A DNA stretch of 32,000 bases from Okeania sp. (lineage in GTDB: Bacteria > Cyanobacteriota > Cyanobacteriia > Cyanobacteriales > Microcoleaceae). Position 1 is the first letter of the stretch; each line of letters starts with the position of its first letter. The stretch is taken from contig NZ_JAYKGW010000109.1 in the NCBI RefSeq assembly GCF_035285525.1, positions 27,173 to 59,172 on the forward strand. The letters are read 5' to 3'. Below the pieces are notes generated by a model, which was given only the letters and a program-made list of their open reading frames with translations, ran no database searches and was not told where the DNA came from. Positions 1 to 8,653 of this stretch are shown one piece after another. The position numbers were made by a program, and so were the translations under genes.

Positions 1-210
1 ATATTTTCAGAGTTTATTTCTAGTTTTTGAATTGTTATATCATATCATGGTAAGCATTTCCTGCGGAATGCTGCGCCAACACCTATTAACAATAAAAAGC
101 TCAACCTTAAGGACTAAATTTCAAGGAATATAGACTTAAAAACAGGATTTTGTATTCAAATAAAATTTCTGATTTATCGGGAACCGTATCATAAAGCTTT
201 TATTAGAATA

Positions 211-298
211 GGACTTACGCAAAGCTACTATATGTGGAGTTTAAAAACTATAACGTTATAGTTTTTGACGCTATATATGTGGTCTTGGCGTAAGTCCT
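211..298. repeat. Hairpin-type dispersed repeat (GGACTTACGC ... GCGTAAGTCC arms) enclosing a perfect 24-bp palindrome
   Basis: GGACTTACGC (211-220) and GCGTAAGTCC (289-298) are reverse complements. AAAAACTATAACGTTATAGTTTTT (243-266) is a perfect palindrome. Related arms occur at 1766-1774, 5788-5868 and 5955-5965. Confidence 0.7.
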
Positions 299-480
299 GT
301 AGAAATTAAAAGTAATAGCTCAATTAATTGCGCAGTTGCTCCGTAGGAGGCTAGCTTATAGCTTACGGCTAAATGCTTACATATCATGTCCCAATAATTA
401 GCGCTCAAAAAACCTTTTAACCAATATTCCCTTTTGCATCTCTTGGTGAGCATTCCCGTGTCTTACGCTGACGCTTGATC

Positions 481-608
481 TGACCGCTTGTGTCTGTCCC
501 CGACGTGGCATCTAACCGGTTGCGTCTGTTGCCAACGTAAAACTTGACCGCTTGCGTATATCGCCGATATGGGGTAACACCGCTTCTGACTTTCGCCCTC
601 TGCTTTCC
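481..608. repeat. Degenerate tandem repeat, ~32-bp period, 4 units
   Basis: Units TGACCGCTTGTGTCTGTCCCCGACGTGGCATC / TAACCGGTTGCGTCTGTTGCCAACGTAAAACT / TGACCGCTTGCGTATATCGCCGATATGGGGTA / ACACCGCTTCTGACTTTCGCCCTCTGCTTTCC share a [TA]-AC-CG-[CG]-TT head. The block is locally GC-richer than its surroundings and holds no long ORF. Confidence 0.6.
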
Positions 609-665
609 TTACCTCCGCTGATAGCTGAATGCTTACACCTTAATTATCAATTATCCATTAGTAAT

Positions 666-1665
666 ATGTCTATCTATAATTCCAAATCTACCAATAATTT
701 TGCAGTTAATTAAAATCATATTGCAGCAGCAGCTAATCGTTTATATTCTGTAGCTCAACGGACACCTGCAATAACTTCAAAACTGTAAATAAACTGACTA
801 ACTGTGAGGTATTTTTTAAGTGTGAAAATTTTCAACGTACAGGTTCATTTAAGTTTAGAGGAGCTGACAATGCTTTATCTAAACTATCATAAATTCAAAA
901 TAAATCAGGTGTATTAACTTATTCTTCTGGAAATCATGCTCAGGCGATCGCTCTCATAGGTAAATTATTAAATATTCCGACAACTATTGTGATGCCACAC
1001 AATGCTCCAGACGTTAAAAAAAATCTGCTACCCGTGGTTATGGAGCTGAGATAATTTTCTATGATATAAATGAAGCCAATAGAAAAGATTTAGCTGAAAA
1101 AATTGCTCAAGAAAAAGGTTCTACAATTATTCCACCTTATGACCATATTGATATTATTGCCGGACAAGGTACGACTGCTTTAGAGTTAATTGAAGAAGTA
1201 GAAAGTTTGGATTTACTATTAGTATGTTGTGGTGGTGGAGGTTTACTTTCTGGCTGCGCGATCGCTACTAAAAATTTATTAAAAAACTGCAAAGTTGTGG
1301 GAGTTGAGCAAAAAAATGCTGATGATGCAACTCGGTCTTTTTATTCTCAAACTCTGCAAATTATACATAATCCTAACACTATTGCTGATGGTGCGAGAAC
1401 GCCTTTTTTAGGTAACTTAAATTTTCCTTTAATCTTGAATTATGTTGATGATATGGTGACAGTTTCTGAGTCAGAAATTTTAAGAACAATGTATTTTATT
1501 TGGGAGAGAATGAAGTTAGTAATAGAACCTACTGGAGCTTTAGCAGCAGCAGCTTTGTTAGAAGGAAATATTAAAGTTTCAGATATTAGAGTGGGAGTAA
1601 TTATTAGTGGGGGAAATGTAGATTTGAAGCAAGTAGGAGAGTTGTTTAAATCTGTTCAGGAATAA
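666..1665 (+). pseudogene. PLP-dependent threonine dehydratase / serine racemase family (PALP fold), decayed
   Basis: Stitched translation gives ...RTPAITS..VNKLTNCEVFFKCENFQRTGSFKFRGA (PLP-lysine motif) ...YSSGNHAQAIALIGKLLNIPTTIVMP...SATRGYGAEIIFYD...GQGTTALELIEE...LLVCCGGGGLLSG. Four lesions: in-frame TAA 711-713, frameshift ~770-790, in-frame TAA 890-892, and a frameshift in the A8 run at 1016-1023. Only the last 152 codons (1207-1665) form an open ORF. Confidence 0.85.
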
Positions 1666-1698
1666 AGTCTGGTGAACCCAGAAAATTGGTTTCTATGA

Positions 1699-1763
1699 TA
1701 AACCGGGTTTCTTCTTCTACAAGAAACCGGGTTTTTTCTTCTAGAAGAAACCGGGTTTCTTCT
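1699..1763. repeat. Three direct copies of (G)AAACCGGGTTTCTTCT(TCTA)
   Basis: Copies at 1700-1719, 1723-1743 and 1747-1763, directly downstream of the pseudogene stop. A related GAAACCGAGTTT occurs near 4525. Confidence 0.75.
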
Positions 1764-1830
1764 GTGTAAGTCCTACTGTTGTTTAACTGTAGATGTAGAA
1801 ATCATAAACAGCAAGTTGTAATATTTCACC

Positions 1831-1857
1831 GTAGGGGTTTGGTTTCCAAACCCTTAC
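1831..1857. repeat. GTAGGGGTTTGG/CCAAACCC(C/T)TAC hairpin repeat, family copy 1
   Basis: GTAGGGGTTTGGTTTCCAAACCCTTAC is self-complementary with one mismatch. The same family occurs at 7208-7265, 14346-14401 and as a half copy at 16264-16286. Confidence 0.75.
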
Positions 1858-1913
1858 AATTTTTTTCATAAATCATGTAGGATTAGTATAATTTAATCTA
1901 CAAATTTTAACAG

Positions 1914-3799
1914 ATGGATTTAGATACTTTATTAGAACATATAGATATTGGGGAAGACCAAGATATTGAGTTTAAGTCTGCTAAAAATACTTTACCCAAA
2001 GATATTTTGCCAACTCTCTCAGCTTTTGCTAATACAGATGGCGGCTATATAATATTAGGAGTTAGTGAAACTGATGATGGATTTATTATTTCAGGAGTTA
2101 ATAATCCAGAAAATTTAATAACCCAATTTTGGAATAATCATAATAATCCTGAAAAATTGAGTTTTCCTATTTGCTCTAATTACAATTTGGAAATTAAAGA
2201 AATTGACAGTAGTAAACTTATTATTATTCCAGTTCCTAGAGCAACTCGTACTCAACGTCCTGTTTATATTAATAAAAATCTAATGACAGGAACATATAAA
2301 CGTAACTATTCTGGAGACTACCACTGCACTGAAGTAGAAATTAAGCAGATGTTGCGAGATGCAAGTAATGATCCCCAAGATTATCAAATTTTAGATAATT
2401 TTAATTTTGACGATCTAGATCCAGAAACTATGAAAGCATTTCGACAACGTTTTAGTAATAGAGAACCGGATCATCCTTACTTGGAACTTGACGATAAAAA
2501 TTTACTCCTTTAGTTGGGAGGATGGAAACGCGATCGCGCCACAAATCAAGAGGGATTAACTTATGCTGGGTTACTAATGTTTGGTCGTGAACGTAGTATT
2601 TTAGATGCTTTTCCTCATTACCACTTAGATTATCAAGAACGTTTCTCTAGCGATCCAGACCAAAGGTGGGATTATCGTTTAACCCTTGATGGTAAATGGG
2701 AACCAAATTTATTTAATTTTTATTATCGTGTTTATAATCGTTTGGTTAACGATTTAGATGTACCATTTAAACTTGATAAAGATGCTACTCGTAGAGAAGA
2801 AACTCATGTTCATCAAGGTATAAGAGAAGCATTAGTAAATACTCTAATTCATGCCGATCATCTATCTACAAAATCATTAGTTATCATCAAGTCTAAACAA
2901 GGTTTTATATTTTCTAATCCCGGTCGTCTGAGAATACCTATTGATGTTTTGTATCAAGGTGGTCAAAGCGATCCTCGTAATCCTAAATTACAAAAAATGT
3001 TTCAAATGTTAGGATTAGGAGAAAAAGCAGGTTCTGGATTTAGAAAAATTCTCAGAGCATGGAAAGAACAACAATGGTTTATTCCTTTTGTATCAGAAAA
3101 GCTTGATATAGAAGTAACATCTTTATTGTTACCAATGGTTAGTTTTATACCAGAAAATATAGAAAAAGAATTAAAGGAAATAGTCGGAAATAATTATTAT
3201 AATTTAACAGAATTAGAGCGTATTATTTTGGTAATTACTCATAAGTTTGGAGAAGTTAGTAATACAGATATTCAACGTTATAGAAAAGAGCATCCTACAG
3301 ATATAAGTAAATGTTTAAAAGGTCTAGTTGATCATGGTTGTTTAGAGAAATCTGGTCACGGTAAAGGTACGCGCTATAATCTACCAAACCAAGGTCAGCT
3401 TGATTTATTTTCGTTGTTGAATAACTCTGAGCATAACAAACTTAGCTCCGAGCATAACCAACCTAGCTCCGAGCATAACGAACCTAACTCCGAGCATAAT
3501 CCAGAAAAAGAATTAATAGATATTGCAACTCCAGTCAGAGAAAAGAAACGAGTAAGTCGAGAACTAATGATAACCACAATTTTTAATCTATGCTCAAATG
3601 GGTATATAAATCTCAAAACATTACATTAGCTGAACTTTTGGATAGAAATCCAGACACTATTAGAACTCATTATATCAATTCTATGGTAAAAGAAGGTAGC
3701 TTACAACTTCAATATCCAGATAAACCTCATCATCCACAGCAAGCATATAAAACTGCATCCAACCAAAATGACAAATTTAATCAGCTTGCTGAGGATTAA
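1914..3799 (+). pseudogene. AlbA_2 (Schlafen-like) DNA-binding + HATPase_c_4-type ATPase + wHTH protein (often annotated 'ATP-dependent DNA helicase RecG-like' or transcriptional regulator), disrupted
   Basis: The three ORFs 1914-2513, 2514-3629 and 3590-3799 read as one protein. The first two share a frame and are separated only by TAG at 2511-2513 (...DDKNLLL*LGGWKRDR...). The third is in another frame, and the shift maps near a (TA)3 run at 3603-3608. Family-typical motifs recalled: EFKS..., FANTDGGYIILGV, REALVNTLIHADH, GSGFRKI, and C-terminal YPDKPHHPQQAYKT. Confidence 0.7.
3423..3506 (+). repeat. In-frame 21-bp tandem repeat (4 units) encoding (N/S)SEHNxx
   Basis: Units at 3423-3443, 3444-3464, 3465-3485 and 3486-3506 (AGCTCCGAGCATAAC[CG]AACCT core) translate to NSEHNKL SSEHNQP SSEHNEP NSEHNPE. 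Confidence 0.9.
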
Positions 3800-3802
3800 C
3801 CA

Positions 3803-4252
3803 TTATCCATTATCCATTAATGAATCAACTCTTGGTCTCAAACCATAATAACGATACCGCAAATAATCTTGAAGAATACGGTCGTGATCAAAACAAAGAT
3901 TTGTCGGAATCTGCCAAGGTTCAAACACAGCTAAATTTTTAGCATCATCTGCTGCTTTCGGTTCCCCAGTTGCAGTGGCAATAAATACCACACTCATTGT
4001 ATGTTGACGGGGGTCGCGGTTGGGGTCAGAATAAACATAAAATTGTTCGATTAATTTTACTTCCAAACTCGTTTCTTCTTTTGCTTCCCGTTTTGCTGCA
4101 GTTTCGACAGTTTCTCCATAGTCAACAAACCCACCAGGAATCGCCCAACCGAAAGGTTCGTTTTTTCTTTCTATCAAAACAATAGGCCGTCCTGGTTTAT
4201 TAATTAATTCGATAATAATATCAACAGTGGGAGTAGGATTACGATAAGTCAT
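3803..4252 (-). CDS. NUDIX hydrolase
   Basis: 149-aa ORF with a canonical Nudix box [26 protein letters not shown] (GX5EX7REUXEEXGU). Confidence 0.9.
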   Translation of the reverse strand: MTYRNPTPTVDIIIELINKPGRPIVLIERKNEPFGWAIPGGFVDYGETVETAAKREAKEETSLEVKLIEQFYVYSDPNRDPRQHTMSVVFIATATGEPKAADDAKNLAVFEPWQIPTNLCFDHDRILQDYLRYRYYGLRPRVDSLMDNG

Positions 4253-4696
4253 TTCAGTTATCAGTTATAGCGCTACGCGCTAGGGAATAGGGAACACAGA
4301 AGGTGGGAACAGCGGTCAAGGGATGGCGAGATTCCTCGCGATATCCAATCGACCAAGAGAGGGAACAGGAAACTATCAAAGGATTTTTCATATAGGGAAA
4401 TGCTCCGCAAACAGGATTTAGAAATTTCCGCGCCCTTTACTTCAACTGTTATATCAGTTATCAATACCACCTACTGAACTAGGAAGTAAGAAAATCTGGT
4501 ATTTTTTTGTTCCCAGAACTTATGCAGAAACCGAGTTTATCAACAAAAGCTCGTCGTTTAGGACAAATAGGGCAATAAATCTAGTTTCTTGGTTGAGAAA
4601 TAATCATACAAAATTTTATCTGCCTTGACAACAGTTACCAAGAAATTTTAGATTTTGATTATATACTGAATATTATGTTTATTATGTCCAAATTTA

Positions 4697-5725
4697 ATGA
4701 TGAGCGATCGCCGTTACTTTTTAAAATTTCTAGGTCTAAGTTTATTAGCAACCCAACTTACTACTAATAAGCATTTCCAGAGTGTTGCTTCAGCAGCATC
4801 GCCTCTACCCATCCTCAAACCACCCCGCCTCAAAGTAGGCGATACTATCGGAGTAGTTAGTCCTGGCACTATGATTTTTAAATCTAACCTCAAATACGTC
4901 AATTTAGTTTTAGGACAACAAGGGTTTAAAGTAAAAGCTGGAACTCACGTTCTCGATCAATATGGATATTTTGCAGGTAAAGATATTGATCGCGCTGCGG
5001 ATATCAATGCCATGTTTGGGGATGAGGAAATAAAAGCATTAATAACAACTACAGGTGGTTGGGGTAGCAGTCGCATCTTGCCATTATTAGACTATGACTT
5101 AATTCGTAAAAATCCTAAAATTGTTATGGGTTACAGCGATATTACTGCTTTGTTATTGGGGATATATGCTCGCACTGGTTTGGTGACATTCCACGGTCTC
5201 AATGGTCTATCTTCCTGGAATAAATTTTCTGTTGGTTATTTCCAAGGTATCTTGCTTGAAGGAAAAGCGATGACTTTGCAACCGCCTCCGAATATTGTGG
5301 AAACTATTACAGGTGGAAAAGCGCGGGGACGACTGGTGGGAGGAAATTTATCTGTGTTTACGGCGATAGTAGGATCTCATTTTTTGCCAGACTGGCGAGG
5401 GAAAATTTTGTTTGTGGAGGACACAGGAGAGGATATTTATCGGGTAGATCGAATGTTGACTCATTTGAGTTTAGCTGGTATTTTGAGGCAGTTGGAGGGT
5501 TTTGTGTTTGCTAGATGTACTCGATGTTTGGATGAAGAGGATGATTTTCCCACGTTAACATTATCGCAGGTTTTGATTGATCTTATTCGACCTCTAGGTA
5601 TTCCTGCTTGGTATGGTACAAATATCGGTCATCTTTTGGATAAGTTTACAGTACCATTGGGAGTAGAGGTGGAGATAGATAGCGATCGCGGTACGATGAC
5701 AATGTTAGAAACTGCTGTGGTTTGA
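4697..5725 (+). CDS. LD-carboxypeptidase (peptidase S66, muramoyltetrapeptide carboxypeptidase-like) with N-terminal export signal
   Basis: 342 aa. It has the S66 nucleophile motif GYSDITALL, plus GGNL and a late GHL region. The N-terminus MMSDRRYFLKFLGLSLLA looks like a Tat/Sec signal. Confidence 0.85.
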   Translation: MMSDRRYFLKFLGLSLLATQLTTNKHFQSVASAASPLPILKPPRLKVGDTIGVVSPGTMIFKSNLKYVNLVLGQQGFKVKAGTHVLDQYGYFAGKDIDRAADINAMFGDEEIKALITTTGGWGSSRILPLLDYDLIRKNPKIVMGYSDITALLLGIYARTGLVTFHGLNGLSSWNKFSVGYFQGILLEGKAMTLQPPPNIVETITGGKARGRLVGGNLSVFTAIVGSHFLPDWRGKILFVEDTGEDIYRVDRMLTHLSLAGILRQLEGFVFARCTRCLDEEDDFPTLTLSQVLIDLIRPLGIPAWYGTNIGHLLDKFTVPLGVEVEIDSDRGTMTMLETAVV

Positions 5726-5787
5726 AGAAGGAATAAGGAAGAAAGAAAGTAGGTGAGTTTTATATGAAATCCGGATAATTACTATCA

Positions 5788-5868
5788 AGACTTACAAGGG
5801 AGGTACTATATGTTAAAAAATATTGCGCATGGGGTAAGCACTATATCTAGGGTCGGTGCGTAAATCCT
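5788..5868. repeat. Second copy of the GACTTAC...GCGTAA(A/G)TCCT hairpin repeat family
   Basis: AGACTTACAAGGGAGGTACTATATGT ... GGTGCGTAAATCCT parallels 211-298 (GGACTTACGCAAAGCTACTATATGT ... GGCGTAAGTCCT). A further arm lies at 5955-5965, next to a 9-bp stem GCGATCACT/AGTGATCGC (5902-5930). Confidence 0.6.
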
Positions 5869-6201
5869 CTTTGTATTAATTATGGTAATTTTCTTGTTCA
5901 GGCGATCACTTAAAAAATTATAGTGATCGCTCTATTTAACTATATAGTGTCTTTGCGTAAGTCCTGTATATTATAGAATCCCTAAACATATCTCTAAAAA
6001 TTTAGGCAATATGCCGCTAGACTCCGCCAACACCAACCTCTTTTTGTATATAAAAAAATAGTTAATAAGGGAAAATTAGTTTCAATTCTTATTGATTTGA
6101 TGACTGCATAAAATCCTCTCTTAGTTGAATTGTTCAATTTTATCAAACATAAACCACATTTGACTTTTTTGATGATTTACTAATAGCTAATATCTGGATA
6201 C

Positions 6202-7134
6202 TTACACTTTCAAAATTTCATCATCGACTGAAAAATCTACTTCTGCTTTGTCACGGCCGGAAGCAATAAAATCATTTTCAAATGAATCTTTTAACCCAGA
6301 GATTAAGTCATATTTTGGCTGCCAATTTAATTCTATTATTGCCTTATTTACACTGGCAAAAAAATGTTGAACTCTTAATGGAAAAGCTTTCTTTTTACCA
6401 AAGTCAAATTGCTTTGGATCGTAATGTACTAACTTAATAGAATCAGGAGATTTTCCCGCAGCTTCAGCACAAGCACGAGCTAAACCATCAAAAGTAATAA
6501 AACGTTCCCCAGAAACATTATAAATCTGCCCAATTGCTTTATCATTTTCCAACACATTTACCATTGCCATAGCTAAGTCTTGGACATGACCTAATTGAGT
6601 AATATGAAGTCCATTACCAGGAATAGGAATGGGGCGATCGCGTACAATCCTTTCAAAGAACCATGCTTCTAAATCATTATAATTTTGTGGTCCGTAAATA
6701 TAAGTAGGGCGAATAGAAGTCCAGGGTAAATTTTGATTGGCTAATTCTATTTCTGTTTCAAATTTTCCTAAATGACGACTTTTTGGGTCAATAGTATCTC
6801 CTTCAATATGAGGCATTTGGTCAGATTTTAAATAAACTCCAGCAGAACTCATATAAACGAAATGTTTGACTTGACCTTGAAAGATTTCTGCGAGAGGTTT
6901 TGTATCAGTTAATTTTCGTCCGTTATTATCAAAAATAGCATCAAATTTTTCCGATGCTAATTTTTCTTTTAGTTGGTTAGAATCAGTTCTATCCCCATGA
7001 ATTTCTTGGATTCCTAATACTGGAGCCGGTTTATTGCCACGATTAAATAATACAATTTCATGGCCTTTTTCTACCAAAATTTTAGTTAAATATACCCCAA
7101 TAAATCGGGTACCACCCATAATTAATATTCGCAT
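6202..7134 (-). CDS. NAD-dependent epimerase/dehydratase family protein (CSP41-like 'mRNA-binding protein' type)
   Basis: 310 aa with a Rossmann N-terminus MRILIMGGTRFIGVYLTKILVEKGHEIVLFNRG. Length and pattern fit the cyanobacterial CSP41 homologues as I recall them. Confidence 0.75.
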   Translation of the reverse strand: MRILIMGGTRFIGVYLTKILVEKGHEIVLFNRGNKPAPVLGIQEIHGDRTDSNQLKEKLASEKFDAIFDNNGRKLTDTKPLAEIFQGQVKHFVYMSSAGVYLKSDQMPHIEGDTIDPKSRHLGKFETEIELANQNLPWTSIRPTYIYGPQNYNDLEAWFFERIVRDRPIPIPGNGLHITQLGHVQDLAMAMVNVLENDKAIGQIYNVSGERFITFDGLARACAEAAGKSPDSIKLVHYDPKQFDFGKKKAFPLRVQHFFASVNKAIIELNWQPKYDLISGLKDSFENDFIASGRDKAEVDFSVDDEILKV

Positions 7135-7207
7135 CTTTTCCTCTTGTTATCAATAGTTAAGAATTTAATTATATAGCAATCCGTGCATAGATTTTCAGAT
7201 TTTATTG

Positions 7208-7265
7208 TAGGAGTTTGTTCTCCAAACCAAGCACATAAATGGGATTGGGAAACCAAACCCCTACA
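7208..7265. repeat. GTAGG(A/G)GTTTG...CCAAACCCCTAC hairpin repeat, family copy 2
   Basis: GTAGGAGTTTGTTCTCCAAACC (7208-7229) and GGGATTGGGAAACCAAACCCCTAC (7241-7264) are imperfect inverted repeats. Confidence 0.65.
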
Positions 7266-7375
7266 GTTTTTCTCATCAATCATTTCTGATGGCTATATAG
7301 CAATAATTGGCTTCTTTCTTTTTATCACAACTAATTGTATACTAATTAAACACAATTTAAAACTAAGATAATAAT

Positions 7376-7585
7376 ATGCAATCCAATTCTGATAAGTTCC
7401 CGGAGAAAGACTCAGAAAATATAATATCTGAGCATACCAAAGCCAAATTAGAGCAATCGGTTTTACTACACAATATATCAATTGCTGCCCTGGTGGGAGT
7501 AATAGCTTTTGCTGGAGTAAGCACTCTGATTATTGCTACTATTCAAAACTCGGTTAATGAAATGGAAAAAACAGAAATCAAATAG
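7376..7585 (+). CDS. Hypothetical small membrane protein (one predicted TM helix)
   Basis: 69-aa ORF with the hydrophobic stretch IAALVGVIAFAGVSTLIIATI. No recognisable family, and it overlaps a competing antisense ORF. Confidence 0.3.
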   Translation: MQSNSDKFPEKDSENIISEHTKAKLEQSVLLHNISIAALVGVIAFAGVSTLIIATIQNSVNEMEKTEIK

Positions 7586-7790
7586 ATTTAATTCTACTAA
7601 TTAGTTTCTTTTTACTGCATATTAAAAAAGTGAATAAAAGTAAGCATTCAGCATTTATCTTTTGAACTTAATAAGTTACTTAAGTTAGTTTATAGCCTTT
7701 TTATTTCCTGGGGAATGCTAAGCAAAAATAAGTTTTAATTATTTTGGGAGGCTAACTTGATCCTTCGCTATGAAAGTGAATTAATAACTC

Positions 7791-7813
7791 ATAGCTGATG
7801 GCTAAATGCTGAC
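7791..7813. repeat. STRR-like heptamer block ATAGCTGATGGCTAAATGCTGAC (GCTGA[AT]NGCTTAC family)
   Basis: The same family occurs at 367-380, 617-636, 8464-8479 and 8586-8599 in this orientation, and at 7640-7652, 8310-8336 and 10258-10268 as reverse complements. Confidence 0.7.
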
Positions 7814-7835
7814 ATCAATTTTATACTAAAAAAAC

Positions 7836-8306
7836 ATGAATAAATTACTTAAAACTATCAAAAATATTTTTCTGCATGAACAAGATAACATTTTTCTCCA
7901 ATTCATTGAAGGTATAGAATTCTTAGTTTCTAAAGTTCTATCTTTAGCAATGATTACTGTGATTATTTTTGCTGTATGTGATTTGATAGTTTATATATAT
8001 AAACAACTTTTATTGACACCTAATCCTCTGTTTAAAGATAGTTTATTTGAAATCTTTGGACTATTTTTAAATATTTTAATTGCTCTAGAAATTCTAGAAA
8101 ATATTACAGCCTATCTTCGTAAACACGTTTTTCAAGTGGAGTTAGTAATTGCTACTTCTTTAATTGCTGTAGCCCGAAAAATCATTATTTATGATTTGGA
8201 TAAAAAAGGAGGAGAAGCTTTAATTGGATTAGCACTTGCTACTTTTGCTTTATCAATTAGTTTCTGGATTATTCGCTCGCAAAATAATCAAAAATCCAAG
8301 CATTAA
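7836..8306 (+). CDS. PsiE-family (phosphate-starvation-inducible E-like) membrane protein
   Basis: 156 aa with about 4 TM segments. The segment LNILIALEILENITAYL...LIAVARKIIIYD resembles the conserved PsiE core as I recall it. Confidence 0.5.
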   Translation: MNKLLKTIKNIFLHEQDNIFLQFIEGIEFLVSKVLSLAMITVIIFAVCDLIVYIYKQLLLTPNPLFKDSLFEIFGLFLNILIALEILENITAYLRKHVFQVELVIATSLIAVARKIIIYDLDKKGGEALIGLALATFALSISFWIIRSQNNQKSKH

Positions 8307-8309
8307 AGA

Positions 8310-8336
8310 GTAAGCATTCAGCAGTCAGCTATCAGC
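8310..8336. repeat. STRR-like heptamer block GTAAGCATTCAGCAGTCAGCTATCAGC (inverted relative to 7791-7813)
   Basis: Its reverse complement GCTGATAGCTGACTGCTGAATGCTTAC is built from GCTGAnn heptamers. It begins 4 nt after the PsiE-like stop codon. Confidence 0.7.
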
Positions 8337-8653
8337 TTGGGAAGCAAATCTATAATTTCCAGCCATAAATATACATCGTTTGATAATATCAGATATATGG
8401 TTAAAAAGTAGAATTTAAAAGAATGCTTGCCATTGATTTTTATTGCCCTTGATCTGACTACTAATAGCTAAATGCTTACATTAAAAATGATATTTGGTTT
8501 AACTAGCTATCAGCTTTTAAATGTAATAATTTACTAGGGTTTTGATTCTTTGTAAAAGTTTTTTTGCATAGTATTCTCTAGGAAAAGCTGAATGCTTATT
8601 TAGAATTTTTGATTGATAAATCATTTTTATTATCTCTGAAAAATCAAAAAAAT

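Noticed and set aside
72-87. 16-nt exact inverted match TGCGCCAACACCTATT (72-87) to 17503-17518 in the regulator-kinase spacer, the only sequence link I saw between the two halves
   Set aside because: The expected number of chance 16-mer matches (both orientations) in 32 kb is roughly 0.2-0.5, so it is not significant alone. It does not extend on either side and belongs to no repeat family I could define.
3395-4185. ORFs 3395-3616 (-) and 3997-4185 (+)
   Set aside because: They are antisense to the AlbA_2 repeat region and to the NUDIX gene respectively, with low-complexity translations.
4253-4480. Riboswitch in the NUDIX upstream region (G-rich, several hairpins) and the 65-aa ORF 4273-4470 (-)
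   Set aside because: There is no B12 box, TPP CTGAGA core, ykkC, fluoride, glutamine or other consensus I could align. The ORF has no motif and lies in repeat-flanked spacer. The region is kept only as a low-interest motif cluster.
7183-7481. ORFs 7183-7371 (+) and 7293-7481 (-)
   Set aside because: They overlap each other, span the hairpin repeat at 7208-7265, and have AT-rich, Ile/Phe/Leu-dominated translations with no motif.
7667-7697. Pho-box-like direct repeats CTTAATAA-N4-CTTAAGTT-N3-TTATAGCC about 160 nt upstream of the PsiE-like gene
   Set aside because: Only two units approximate PyTTAAPyPy(T/A). The spacing is 12 then 11 bp rather than a regular 11, and the third unit is poor. In such AT-rich DNA this is easily a chance match.
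8520-8653. NtcA site (GTA-N8-TAC) upstream of the nitrate-reductase-associated gene
   Set aside because: GTA triplets are present (for example TGTAATAATTTACTAG), but none has TAC at the correct 8-nt spacing.
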